From contig OZ038379.1 of assembly GCA_964036045.1 (NCBI GenBank), positions 31,868,001 through 31,932,000 on the forward strand: a stretch of 64,000 bases of DNA, read 5' to 3'. Below the pieces are notes generated by a model. That model saw only the letters and a program-made list of their open reading frames with translations, made no database searches and was not told the DNA's origin. The DNA is from Eutreptiella sp. 'Long Island Sound 2002' (Eukaryota > Protista > Euglenida). Position numbers and translations under genes: made by a program. Within the stretch, counting starts at the first letter, position 1, and every line of letters begins with the position of its first letter. Of this stretch, positions 49,797 to 62,596 are shown piece by piece.

Positions 49797-51230
49797 TTAC
49801 CTCCTTTGGGGTCCCCCGCATTCAGTGGTTGCGTTGAGTGTGGGTGGCTTGAGTGTGACGCATATATTTTGCTTCACTGATTGCGCATAAGAAGGTTTCC
49901 TCTGATCCGCTGAACCTGGTTTTTTCCTGTTAGCCATTGATTCCCGTTTGAGGGTGTTGAATCCCTCAATGGGAATGATGGAAATAGAGATCTTCTTAGC
50001 ACCATCATGTAGCATCACACTTTGGGTAGGGGAAGAGACTTTTCCTTTAATTCTCCACGGTGCAATGCAGAATCTCCCTGGGTTCCACGTGGACTGCACT
50101 GCCGACTCAGCTGGGAAGCCATGGTCGTTTTTGAAGGACAACAACGCGGATCCCTGTAGCCAAATTGGCACATCATATACTACCCTGAGGTCTGTGTGTC
50201 CCCCCTGGGTCGAGGATGCAGAGGATGCCGAGGATACTGATTCAGTGTCTGAGTCACTTTTGAACCAGTCACGGGCCCGTTCATCTTTGAAGAGGGGCCC
50301 ATTGCCTTTCATTTGCACATAAGGACCTGAAATAAACTGCTCCGTGGCATACTCAGTTGAGAATCCCACCCGTAGTCTGTTATAACCTGTCACCTGCAGG
50401 TGTGTGGGGTCTGAGATGTCCAAGAGTGCTTGTTTGACATTACGCCATAGATGGTTAGTGTAGTTGTAGAAGACATCCAGGACAGTATGGCACTGAGAAA
50501 AGATGGAGCCATCGAACTTTGACATGGTCATTAGTCCGAAGAAGTCCAGTTTTTGGAAGTCTTTGATAAAACTTTGCCTTTGGGGGGCGTCCAGTGTGAC
50601 GAGGAAAAGTTTTGATTGAATGCCCTGTTGTTTGAGGTTGACCAGGCCAGGGCCATTAAAACATTGGAAGCCTGTCATTCCCAGTTTAAGCATGGTCTGT
50701 GTCATGTCTTTTTCTGTCATGTGGGCTGCATGTGAATGTACCGGTGAGTCCGGTAGTTGACATGACTTCCTGTCCAGGGTATGGCCCTGTGACGGCAGCC
50801 TGGTCGAGAAACGAGCAGGTTCTAAACGCTGTGCAATGGAGAAAGACGTATGCAGGATAACAAAGAATTCCTTCTGGTCACCGTCTGTATCCTGAAGTGA
50901 CCTCGTCAGGTGAGAGAAAGCCCTCGGAGTGATGAGTTATTCAATTGAGCATCGCACTGTGGGAAGGTATGAGAGTTGGTGAGTTCAACCAAGACATCTA
51001 TTCTCTTCGGCTGGAAGTTGGTGTGTATAGAATTAACCGCTTTGATGCATGGCGTGACCTCTGTGTGCTTTGCCACCATTAGAAAGTTTGCTTGGGAATT
51101 AGGGAACTGCTGTGACAGATCATCAGCTGTGAACTCAATGATACCTCTCCAGCCCTTCAGTGAGCCATCTGTTGAAAAGGCCACAGCAGACTGAAGCACC
51201 ACAAAATCCTGCAACTAACCAAACTGCACC
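49797..51230 (-). pseudogene. Probable LINE ORF1-like protein (307-aa ORF plus broken upstream part)
   Basis: Long ORF 49797..50720 with a Ser/Asp linker; its 3' end is homologous (inverted) to 52495-52650, which directly precedes an APE start. Confidence 0.5.
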
Positions 51231-52884
51231 ATGAGTTGTTGTTGCTCAGTATTCATCAGGGCAGTTAGTGAGTCGGGGTCTGGGAGGGCCTTCTTATTTG
51301 CACAGAGATCCAGTGCTGCCTTAATGTTATCCGGATTCCACGGGGGGGCCGCAGGTACCGGACCCTTTACGCCGACCCCCCCCCCCCCCCTCCCTGCTGG
51401 GTTTTGGCCCGGAAGTGCCGGACCATGGGCGCCGAAGGCGCCCTAAGGAAATTTTGCTTGACTTAGTAGAGGGTGAAAAATTGGGTTTTCACCCCATGTG
51501 TCTATACTCAAAATACTCAGTTTTTATAGGAGAACCCAATAGTGGATGAAAACCAAATTGGACCAAATATGACTACCACCCCTGTGCAGAGTTATGTCAG
51601 AGATGGGCCCTACCCTAGTGGTAAAGCAGTGCCCTGCAACTTGAAGGTCCAGTGGGGTCAATCTGCAGGACTATAGGCAGGATCAGGGACACCATGGGAA
51701 AATTTTTTTTCTGTTTTTTTTGTTTTGACTTTATCCTCTTTGTTGGGGATCCCCGAGAATGCAGGATTTCTGCCCACTTGTGGGCCTCCTAGAAGGCAGG
51801 GTTTAGGCATCCAATTGTGATTTTGTCCCCCTTGTCTTTGGGGATCCCCGAGAATGCAGGGGTGATGTAGCATTTCCGCCCACTTGTGGGCCCCACCAAT
51901 TCTGATTTTGTCCCCCTTGGCGCCACTAGCAAAAGTGGCCGGGAATGGACTCGGGGGTGCTATGCCCTTAAACAAAAGTACCACCTACCATGCCCCCCCC
52001 CCCCCCTGTTTCAAAAATTTTTCTCCAACATACATGCTTCGAAGTGATTACCGCGATGAGGCGGTCATCATATGCTTTGTTTGTCAGGCTATCAAGCCTG
52101 CCCCCCCCCCCCCCCCCTTCTTGGCACCCCCCCCCCCCCCCCGCCCTAAAAGTGGTCCGAGAGTGGGAGGGAGTCGGCGTATGGCCCGTTGCTACGGCCC
52201 CCCCGTGCCGGATTCACAAGTGACAGATGTTATCTCCAAGCAACAGGACAGTTGATGCAGCAACAAACGATTCTCCTACAACAGCGAGAAAACGTAAACT
52301 CCAAGCTCTCCAATGTCCTGGGTGTATCTCCTTTGAAGAAGAAACAGAGGCCCTCAGAGGCCCCAGAGGGTGCGGTGGCACCCAACCCAAGTGCACCCCC
52401 TACGGCGACCTTGATGACAGCCGAGAACTTGCAGAGCAGATCAAAAATTGCCTTTTCAGCTTTGCCGATTTGGACGCCGATTTGGAAACCTTCTTCTGCG
52501 CAATCAGTGAAGCAAAATATATGATCCCATGACGTCACATTCAAGCCGCCCACACTCAACGCAACCACTGAATGCGGGGGACCCCAGAGGAGGCAACTAG
52601 CGGCTAATGTTTTTTGCGGCCGCACGCACCAAATTCGCCACTTTGAATTCCAACGGGCTCACTACCAAAGTACCTGTTAGTCCCAATTCGTTTGAAGACA
52701 CACATGTTCAAATTTGCTGTTTCCTTTTCAGAAATTCCATCCAGGGTATTGGGCCTACACGAGGCACATGTCAAGGAGGATCACACATGAGAGCAGATGA
52801 CAAAAAGTTTCGCGGATTGGGGTTACACACTCCATTCCAACGCCACCCCAACGCGGGAGAGGTGGGGCGGCCATTTTTTTCATA

Positions 52885-53645
52885 GGGGGCGCCTCAAGCG
52901 CAGTGCAGCGCGCAGTGCGCGCGCAGTGCAACTATTTGGGCGTCTGGCCGTACTAGAGACCCATACTTTGAGATACTAGGGGCCCCTAGGGGCATCATGG
53001 TGACCCCTAGCGGAGGTTTTGACTTCTGATTTTGTCCCCCTTTGTTTGGGGACCCCCGAGAATGCAAGGCTGACGTAGCATTTCCGCCCTCTTTTGGGCC
53101 CCAACGTTCCGGTGCTATTGAGGAAAGTGAAGGGACATTGTATGGCTTATGAGATTGGCTCCATGGATGGTGCACACAAGGGGCGCCTCCATGTGGCATG
53201 GCCATTTATCGGTCGAAAGACGTTGACCGAGCGGCAAAAGGAGTACAATGATGTTAATGGTTTCTATAGGGCACACATTGAGCACTTGTTTGCACGCATG
53301 TGGCACTGGGGCATCGTAAGGAACATATGGAGGGGATCCGGTACGGAGTTGCATGAGTACGTGCGTGTGCTCTTGCATTTGTAGCAATTTTTGATTCGAA
53401 GACAAGTGGAACAGAAAGACAGTTCTGTGTTCTTGAGGGTGGCGACCAATGCGCTGTTCATGGCTTTTCCAGTTGTGCATGATGTGTGTTATGTGAAGGG
53501 AAGGTAGTTTGCAGCTTTCTTGAGCTAGGGCAGTTTGGGTCACCGAATTCTAAGGGCGTTTCCAAGGGGTTTGCTTGGGGGCTCTTCGGGGGGAACATAG
53601 TCTAAAAGTAGCGCGCAGTGCAGCGCGCAGTGCAAAGACTCCCCC
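52885..53645 (+). mobile_element. GGGGG TIR-family element with a transposase C-terminal fragment, TSD ATA
   Basis: ata|gggggcgcc ... gactccccc|ata; internal MDGAH..YNDVNGFYRAHIEHLFARMW; inserted in the LINE APE domain. Confidence 0.9.
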
Positions 53646-54509
53646 ATAATTCTTGGTCCTTGCCCACGTCTTGGTCCGTTGAGCAACGCCACTTGTTTGC
53701 TTGCCTGGCAGACCCTGACAAGGTATTGCATCATTTCTGTGTGTATCATTTCCATCATGACGCGGGTGCTCGACATCGTCAATGTAACAACTTGTCTCAA
53801 TTACCCGATGCCTTGGTCCCACCTGAGACCATTTTCTTGTCCGATCAGAACTCTCTGTTGGTTCCTTCGAAAGATATCCCAACGCCCCATCTGGCGCTTG
53901 AACACCCCGCAATCACAACGGCCAGAGAAGTTGAAGTCAACTTTTTAACTCAACACAATATGGTCGACTCCTATGCATGTGTTGACAGTGGTAGGCATGC
54001 CGGCTTTGACCTGGAAGGGTGCACCTAGGGGTTCCGCCTAGTGCAAACATCCGCCCCGATCTACGCCAATCCCGCGTCTAGTGAAGTCGCCCCCCCCGCC
54101 CCCCCCAGTGGACAAGAGGAGGAGGATTAATAGGGTCCTGGTCCATGAAAGTTTTCAAACAGCGATCACGGAATGCTCTCGCCGTTTTGTGGCAAGTTCC
54201 GACCATAAGGCGGTAGTGGTTACATTATCAGCCAAGCCGATAGCTCAAGGTAAGCGGCTGCGTATACCAACAACATTTCTATCTTCGGGTGAGACGGCGC
54301 AACAATTGGTCAGAGACCTGCAGTCCATCCGCACCGAAGGATATGCCAGATGTTTCGATGGCCTAGAATGCATTAAAAGTGATGCCTTCGAGTATGAAAA
54401 GAAAACCCAAGCAACTAGCCTCAATGAGCCACAAGGTCTTTTGCTCACAGCCTCAGCCAACCATGTCTTTGAGGAGGCATGGACCTTGGCGGGCCGAAAC
54501 TTGCTCTGC

Positions 54510-55639
54510 GGGGGGGGGGGGGGGGGGGGGGGGGTGGCACGGGCGCGCCCAGAAGGTGGGGGGGGGGGGTTGGCAAAATGGGCTTCCGTGCCGGGACGCT
54601 TTGTTATGTGGTTTTGGCAGTTTTGGTGCAAATTTTGCGGGCACAAAGAGTGTCGTGGGCTGGCATGATACCCCCGCCGATGGTTGAGCGGATAGTAGGC
54701 CTTTTTTTCTGAAAGGCCGTGGACCGGTAGCCTTGACATTCCACTCATTTCCAAGTGTATGAACCTCCTATAGGGGCAGCCATGGGAGACAGGGGAGAAG
54801 AAAAAACTGATGACCGGGGACGCCTGGGGCTCTCATCAGTTGAGGGTCGCGATGCCCAACCCTGTTATAAAGTGGGCTAAGCGAAATACACACTCAGACC
54901 CCCACTTGTAAAGGTTGTCCCAACTTCTGCACGTGGTTACAAGGTTAACGTGACCGAGGCACAACGTGCCTAAAAAAAAAGGATCTTTTTTTGCCACTTG
55001 GAAATATCTACTCTCCTGATGAGTGAACTCATTGCTCTACCATTCACTTTGTTTGTACGCCCAGGGACCTCATATGAGGAATTCTGGAATTCTGAGCATG
55101 TGCATATGTATGAAGTGCATTTCTCTATGCGTGTGAAGGAGAGAAACCTGATGCTCCAACACCGTTGGAATTTGAAACGTAGTCTTGAAAAAAAGAGGAC
55201 ATTCTGTTCCTTCTATGACTACCGCGTCTTCGACTTCCAGCTCCAACTCTAGCTCCAGCTCATAAGGTAGCGAGTCCTCCACAAGCAATATTGACTCCAG
55301 CAATGATTCCAGCGAGGACACAAGCTCTGATTCCAGCGACTCATCAGGGTCGGCTTCTGATTGAGACGCCAATCTCCAGGGTGCCATGGTACGGCCTGGG
55401 TGGGGCGCTGCATGGCAGCCGGAACTGACCGGGGGTCATTGTACCCTTAAACAAAAGTACCACCCCCATTGGCACAGACCCCAAAAAACATGCTTCTGGG
55501 GCATCGACACACCACCCAAAAGTATCAGGAAGTACAAGGAACCCCCACTGTCCCCCGTTGTGAGCCTAGAAATCGTCCCGGCACGGCGACCAAGGAGGGG
55601 GGGGGGTTGGGAAAATGGGCTTCCGTGCCATCTCCCCCC
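54510..55639. mobile_element. G-run/C-run-ended TIR element with hairpin-forming subterminal direct repeats
   Basis: Flanks tgc / cgc; both ends carry ggcacgg..G-run..ttgg.aaaatgggcttccgtgcc (54536-54592, 55580-55629); removal rejoins the LINE reading ..RNLLCKPIFF.. Confidence 0.7.
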
Positions 55640-56904
55640 CGCAAACCAATTTTCTTTCCGCCCTTCCTGAACCAACAAGGTTATACTCCCACATACCCCA
55701 AAGCTGGGTACCAAATTTTAACACCGCTGGCCGAAAGATTGGCCCCAGACCACACTGGTCAGAGGGTTCTAGACAAACTTAAAACCGCCTTGCACAACCC
55801 CCACTCCTTCAAACCTTGGAGACGCCGCCACGAGATTTGGTGTCTCACGAAATAAATGCAGTTTAGATGGAAGTTGCACTCACTGCGCAATAGAACAAGG
55901 CAACTGCTGCATGATCCGGAGTCCATGGTGACACAGCTTGTAGATTACTGGCAACATGCTATGAATGAAAAACAAGCCTCGAAGCCTGTTGTCACGAAAC
56001 ATTTCAATAAGTTTTTTGGTGGAACCAATGCAGCGCAAATGGCCCGGATGCTCATTAAACCAGTCTGGGTGGACCTGGTACATGCAGCATTCGAGGTGCT
56101 TAACGGCACCTCAACACTAGGGATTGATGGAGTCCAGGTTTCCATCTACAAGATGTTCTTGGAATTTTTCTCCCTATCATGCTGGATATTTACGATAGAA
56201 TTTTGAGCACCCACTCACTGAGCCCAGACTTGTCCATGGCCCTCCTGAACCCCATTCCGAAAGGTCTTGGGACGGTTTTAGTGCAGAACCTACGACCACT
56301 AGTATTACAAAATACGGCCCATCAATGGCTGGCATCCATTTTGTCTGTCCAAGTCGGGGGCTTTACTGAAGCCCTTACACCAATACAACAAAAGGGCTTT
56401 ATAAGAGGACGGTCCATTTTTACTTACCTTTAGCATACATTTGGGGCCTTGCCGGGGGACGCATTGGTCTGCCGCATTGATTTCAAAAAAGCTTATGGCT
56501 CGGTGCTTATGACCCACCACCACAAAGTGGTATACGGACGGGTCAAAACGACAAGGAAGAGGAGGAGGAAGCATATACAATGGAAACTACCGCGCAGCAT
56601 TCCGCGTACACAGACCTCAGCAGGTGTACCGGGCTGAGACAATCGCTTGCGCGCTGGCCTCTGAACTGGCCAGCGAAGGGGATGAAATCGTACTCGACAA
56701 CCAAGGTGTGGTGAAACCCACCCCTATAAAACGTAAAGGGGCAGTCAAAGACCAGGACTACCGCGACATAGGCTACCACAACGCCTCCACGAAACGAGTC
56801 ACCATACGATGGACTCCTGGGCACCGCACCCTCGAACAAGCAAACACATATAGCGACTATAAGGAGATACAGGGGAACAACCACTCTGATGTCCTTGCGA
56901 ATAT

Positions 56905-57655
56905 GGGGGAGCCTTAAGCGCAGTGCACGTGCAGTGCGCGCGCAGTGCAACTATTTGGGCGTCCGGGCGTACTAGAGATACTAGGGGCCCCTACGGGCAT
57001 CATGGTGACCCCTAGTGGAGGTTTTGACTTCTGATTTTGTCCCCCTTTGTTTGGTTGTGCCAAAGGTGATTGAGCAGATCTTGCGGTTCGGCAGGGGTAA
57101 CCACTTACCAAGGGATGGAGAAAGTGTAATCATCCAAGATGGGCTTGATGGCCAACCATTCTTTGAAGGCGGCAGTGAAGCGCCAACACTACAGCCTGCG
57201 ATTGACCGTTTGCGCCGTGAGAAAAGAGAGAGAGAGGCCAAGAAACAAGCAAAACATGCGCAGCAGTTCCAAAAAACCGGCAACGCACACTGGATGCTTT
57301 TTGTGTGGCTGCGCCCCCTCTGGCCGATGTGGCTTCGTCCAGCTCCAATCTCCCTCAACCCTCTCAGTCCTGGCAACCCCCTGTGGCTACACAATCTCAA
57401 CCCCAATCCGATTCTAACCGCAAGGGAAAGGAGAGAGCCCCTTCCTCACAACCGAAACCACGCATGTGGCAGTGGGGCATCGTAAGGAACATGTGTGTGT
57501 TATGTTAAGGGAAGGTAGTTTGCAACTTTCGTGAGCTGGGGCAGTTTGGGTCACCTAATTCTAAGGGCATTTCCAAGGGGTGTGCTTGGGCCCTCTTCGG
57601 GGGGAACATAGTCCAAAAGTAGCGCGCAGTGCGGGTGCAGTGCAAAGATTCCCCC
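56905..57655 (+). mobile_element. GGGGG TIR-family element inserted in the RNase H
   Basis: Family left and right ends; flanks tat / cat; removal restores ..VLANMGHN..; retains a cgcatgtggca.tggggcatcgtaaggaac transposase remnant. Confidence 0.85.
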
Positions 57656-58312
57656 CATGGGCCACAACCTGCCCATGGATTCCTAACAACCACTACCCCA
57701 TGATATTGTCATTATCGGACAAATCATGCCCACGCCTGCAAAGGCATGGATTATGCAAGTGCGTAGACAAAAACATACCCCGGAGGTACACTGGGTGAGG
57801 TGGCTCCCCATGAAACATTACAGACGAAATGCGTGGACCCTTCGGCTCTGGGGACAGGTAAGGTGGTGCGGAACAGGCGCCCCCTGGGAGCGGTCCCCCA
57901 CCCTGTGCGCCAGCTGTGGCCATCAACACGGGGCGTCAATGCAGTCAAACTAGCGTACTGCCCTGCCTGGGGTGAATTCTGCGACCCGTGGCGCAGCATC
58001 TGGACTGACTGCGCCCAGCACGCCTGCCAATGGCAGAAAACGGCCACCAGCCTTGAACTCTGGCTGTGTGCCAGACTACTCATCCCGCTCCCCCTTATCA
58101 ATGCCATCCCCACCACAGAAAGACACAAACTCCGGGAAGAGGTAGGCATCTTCCAGTTCCGCATGATCCAGGCCGTCCAGACCCTAAGACGGAAATTCGC
58201 CGACCCCACACCGCAACAGCCGCCATGACCCCTATGGCTGACTAGGTTTGTTGCGCAAACACTACCGCCACAGGAAACAGCACAAAACCTACGCAACCAA
58301 GTCGGTGCGCCA

Positions 58313-58960
58313 ATGCGGTGTGATAGGAACCGTAAGCGCAAGGCTAAGCCTACAACAATGGACCCCATATACCCCAAACAGTGGCTCCAGGATGCGCACG
58401 CTGCAAACGATGACGAGGCGGTGTCATGGTTTGCGAGCATTCATGAGACAGGCACGTTGACTCAGGAAGAACGAACTCCAAAACGTCAACGCCTCGATGG
58501 TGACACTAGGCGGTGGGAACACTACCTAACGACCTCAGACAAGTTGGCAAAGCAGCACGCACAACGCGCCCACGACGCATACTGCAATGCACACGCATCA
58601 GAGGTAGCACGACGGCACCTACAAGAACTACGCACATTATACGCCAACACACTAACAACCAAAACTGCATACCACCTGCTTGTAACAAACCTGATCAAAG
58701 AACATATAGAGGCACAACGACTACACAATACATATACAACAATGTGCCTAGAACGCCGACAATGGTACGAACATGCAAAACACAACATAGTAGAACGGTA
58801 CGCGGACCTGAGAACATTACTCCTTACATACAAAAGGTTTCGGAGAATGCGCAGAGACACCAACCTGCTGCTAGCCCACCACATGCAACAGGCACATTAC
58901 ACGTGGCTCCAACAGGGACATATCATGAACTTGACGCAGGGGTTCAAAAACAGCTGCTAG
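58313..58960 (+). CDS. 3' ORF of the RH-LINE (215 aa, His/Arg/Gln-rich, helical)
   Basis: Open ORF downstream of the pol stop, in the same position and with similar composition as 37032-37895. Confidence 0.5.
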   Translation: MRCDRNRKRKAKPTTMDPIYPKQWLQDAHAANDDEAVSWFASIHETGTLTQEERTPKRQRLDGDTRRWEHYLTTSDKLAKQHAQRAHDAYCNAHASEVARRHLQELRTLYANTLTTKTAYHLLVTNLIKEHIEAQRLHNTYTTMCLERRQWYEHAKHNIVERYADLRTLLLTYKRFRRMRRDTNLLLAHHMQQAHYTWLQQGHIMNLTQGFKNSC

Positions 58961-61379
58961 CAGAAAGGAACACTATACTGGGACACGTCCAGACAAGCAC
59001 GCCAGAGCATATACCTCATACGGAAACGACCACGGGAACAATGGGACCCCACCTTGTGGGAAGTCCCATTGCAACCCTTACCAAAACGACAAAAAGCGCA
59101 CTGGGATCCAAACGAGTGGGAAATCCTGCCAACATGACCACACCCACCTCAACGGGAAAACATGGGGGCCCAGCCATGAGTTGAAGCCCGTGTGCTCACC
59201 CTGGCACTGCCAAAATCTGTATTTAGCTTTGAACCTGGCCCACAGCGTGGCACACTCTGAAGTGGCCTATTTGATAAAAAAAAGCTTATGACTCGGTGTC
59301 CCATGATTAGATTGAAGGCTTTATGAATCTTATGCAACTCCCATCACACATGGTCTAGCTGTGTACACTGCTGTTCAAAGCTCCCATCTGTGTTCTAGTT
59401 GAGGATGACGTCCATCTGGAGCACCAAATACAACCTCTGTCGGGGGTTAGACAAGGGTGCCCGCTTTCCCCACTGTTCTTTGCACCGTTTATTTCTCTAA
59501 TCATCTAAAAATTTTGACAGGTCTCAGAAGATGTGCAGTTTCCGCTGTACATAGACGATCTTATCATTATCATCAAGTGTGACCGTGCAAAAGGGTTCAA
59601 GATCTTCATAATATTGTGCACCAAGGTCCAAGAGTTCTCGTCTTTTTTAGGACTGTATACCAAATCGGATAAGTCCAACATTCGACTCAGAGGCAAGTGG
59701 GACCTTGCTTGCAGGGTCCAACTACTCATCACATGACTCGGATTTCCAGACAAGTATAGGTATCTAGGGATCATTTTGGGCCCCAAGGTGGCAGATGAGG
59801 CGTACGGCCCGGCGCACCAAAAGGCCGCCGGCCGTGCCTTCTCCATGCAGCCGTTGGCACTGTCGCTACAGGAAAGGGTGGAGTTGTTGCAACGCTGGAT
59901 ATTGCCTTTGCTGGTCTACCCGGCAAGGGTGGTCTTCCCAAGTGAAAATGTGCTTTCGGCAGTTAAAACAATCTATCACATTGCTTTGAAGGTGAACAGC
60001 CGGGTCATTACAACAGACATTTTGTACCATACTAAGGAACAGGGAGGCAAGGAATTGACCCCACCCACCCACATTTATGCCGTGGCAATTCTCCACACTC
60101 TTTGAACGCCATGTTCACAAAACTTAGGTGATCCCACGCTGTGTGACAGCACATTTTGAGAAGTTTGCTAAGAACCATGGACTCTTGCCGACGCCAACCA
60201 CTCTGCCCCTGTTCGAAAGGGGGAGCAAGGTGATTTGGTGTACCATGCCCTACTTAGCGTGGAGTGCCCGAGTGTACTCTATTGTGTCTAGCAAGGCACC
60301 AATAAGTACACCGGACCTATTGTCTTATGGCACCCCTTTGTGGCATCAGAGGTTGTTCAAGAAATCTTGCTCGCTCACATACTTTTTCCCACACCTTATT
60401 GGAGAGTTGTTGGAAGAGGAACATTACATACAACACATAGGACACACGTGCGTCTCGGTCTATATGAACGGAATATGGCACTATGCAGCCACACCAGCAG
60501 CAACAGCCATTCAAGCCAAAATAGCTAACCTCCCCTTCCCGCAAGGGCTGATGTGTGGGCTCGCTGGTCGACAAAGTAGGTGGTGTTGTTCTTGTGTTCT
60601 GACAACTTACCCTCACGATAGTCTCAGGCGGTATGGAAGGCTTTGAAACACTTCCCTGCACCACCGCACCATGCGGATTTGGTCAGCAGGCCTTGTGGCT
60701 AAGACTCCCAGTGGGAGACCGCCAAAAGAATTGGAAGCCGCAGGAACTGTGGTGCCTCCTGGATAGGGAATTCGAGACGATGGAACATACCCTTACACAA
60801 TGCTCGATAATAAAAGTGCCATTTGACACAATATCTAAATGTATCCTCTCTGCACATGGAGAAAACCTCCCGCCACCGCTTTTCAAAAACTCTCCCTTGG
60901 TACGCGTTTGAAACCCAATGTTGTTCCCGACTAGAATATTCCCAATGTGAACAATTCCCGCCGGAACAATCTCGTTCGGAACACCACTGGAACAAGTGTC
61001 GCAGGCCAGATAACCAGATCCATCACCATGAGTTTCCAAGTTCGTAAATGATGTTTTTTGTCTCTTTCTTGCATGTATAACGCGTCCAAGGCTTGTCTTT
61101 CCCATCGGGGCCATGTTGACATATTGTGAGCCGTTGGTGCCACCTTCCACTAGGTGTACACATTTCGAACTTTTCGTATCCATTTGCAAGCCTGCTGTTT
61201 CTTGTAGTTCAGACGCAGCGTTGTATGACTTTTCAACGTTGGCGTCCCCGTTCTCCCGTTTGATTTGTGCATTGTGGCCATGCCCAGGGTCCCATTTTGG
61301 TATTTGTTCCTTGCCTGAATGCTCGGTGGGTCTACGGGCATCTTCCCCTAGAGGTATGCATTGCCAAATTTCGCTTCGT

Positions 61380-62130
61380 AGTTCATTGTTGTAGCTTCAT
61401 CGTGCCTAGATCGCAAACCCGCGTTGCGCAACTAGCCACCCACCTCGTCCATTTGGCTAGTGCTGTTAGCCTCCGGGACGGGGATCTTGTTGGGGAGCTC
61501 ATAGCGGAATGGGCCATCTCCTCTCCACACGCCCGCCGCCAATTTGCGGTGGCCGTGCGCTTGGCCCAAGCAAGCTGTGTACGAGAGATACAACAGGGGG
61601 CAATCGCCAAGTACGCCTCCAAGGTCCTTCCCCCGGATGAGTGTTGCGAGCTCATCCTCAACCTGCGTGCGCCCAAATCCGCTTGGCGCACGCTCTCGGA
61701 AGTGTACACCCTCCGGGGGCTGAAGTACACCGCGACCACGGGCCTTCCGTTCGCCCGTCCGATTTTGCCCTGAGAGGGCTTTCCAGCAGCGCTGGCAAGA
61801 TCTACTGGCCCCCTTGGAGCTAGCCCCCGCGGTGAGCACTTCGGATACCAAGGCCACGGGCATCAGTTGGCCGTGGGCGTATTGGACGACATTTGGCCGT
61901 TCGGATTGGCAATGTTCTCCAACGACGTTGTCGAAAGCCTTAATCGCTTCCTGAAGCAGGCTTTCAACGAACACAGTGCCCGGGGCGGTGGCCGGCAAAC
62001 GGCTACTGGGACCGCTAGCTGCGGTCGCTCGCATGCATCCATTGATTCGGACGCCGACACCCTGCGGCAAGTGTTGCAATGGGTTTTCTTGTACTTTCAC
62101 ATTCATCTCCACCAACATGATGCTGTTCGA
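61380..62130 (+). pseudogene. Transib/Chapaev(RAG1)-like transposase fragment
   Basis: PFGLAMFSNDVVESLNRFLKQAFNEHSARGG resembles the FS.Q..E..N..K catalytic-Glu box; the upstream ORF is helical and appears internally deleted. Confidence 0.4.
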
Positions 62131-62299
62131 CATGTGCCTTGTGTTCCCACGGCTGCACTAGAGACCACCCCCTCTGCACCACCCCCGCTCCTCAGCTCTC
62201 TTCTTTCTTCTGCTCCTATCCATGGCCGCGCCCGTCAGCGCAGATATGATGCAAATGATGTTGGCGCTTCTGAAGGCCACCAAGAATATTCAAGTTTGC

Positions 62300-62460
62300 G
62301 GGTTTGGGCTTGGCTGGGGGTTTGGGCTTGGGTTTGGGCTTGGGCCTGGGTCCGGGTGTGGGCTTGGGTGTGGGTTTCGGCTTGGGTTTGGGCTGGGGGT
62401 TGGGTGTGGGTTCGGGTGCGGGTTTTGGTTTGGGCCTAGGTTTGGGTTTGGGTTTGGGTG
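62300..62460 (+). repeat. Degenerate TGGGTT/TGGGCT hexamer array
   Basis: More than 20 imperfect hexamers; produces junk WAWV/KPKP ORFs. Confidence 0.8.
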
Positions 62461-62596
62461 TATGCTTTGGCGCGCTTTGCGCGCAATGGAAATCAGTGTG
62501 TTGGGTTTGTGTGTCCCTGCCTACCCTGCTCCCCACCGCTCCCCCCTGTGTCCCTTTTGCTCTTTGCTCTTTAGGAATTTGATGATTTGCTGATTG

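Larger units (their letters stand above)
56510..59180 (+). mobile_element. Diverged 5'-truncated RNase H-bearing LINE (RH-Zn-3'ORF) nested in the L1-like RT
   Basis: WYTDG, YRAETIA..IVLDNQG..WTPGH..GNNHSDVLA; downstream protein aligns by eye with 36400-36960. Confidence 0.75.
52607..60950 (+). mobile_element. L1/Tx1-like LINE ORF2 (APE-RT-Zn), fragmented by three or more insertions
   Basis: KFATLNSNGL, GLHEAH, SSDHKAV (~54200), GIDG, NLRPL, QKGFIRGRSI, DFKKAY, GVRQGCPLSP, YIDDL, YLG, KEQGG, ETMEHTLTQC. Confidence 0.85.

Noticed and set aside
62216-62593. Pro/Lys-rich, Gly-rich and WAWV-repeat ORFs
   Set aside because: Translations of the TGGGTT/TGGGCT hexamer array.
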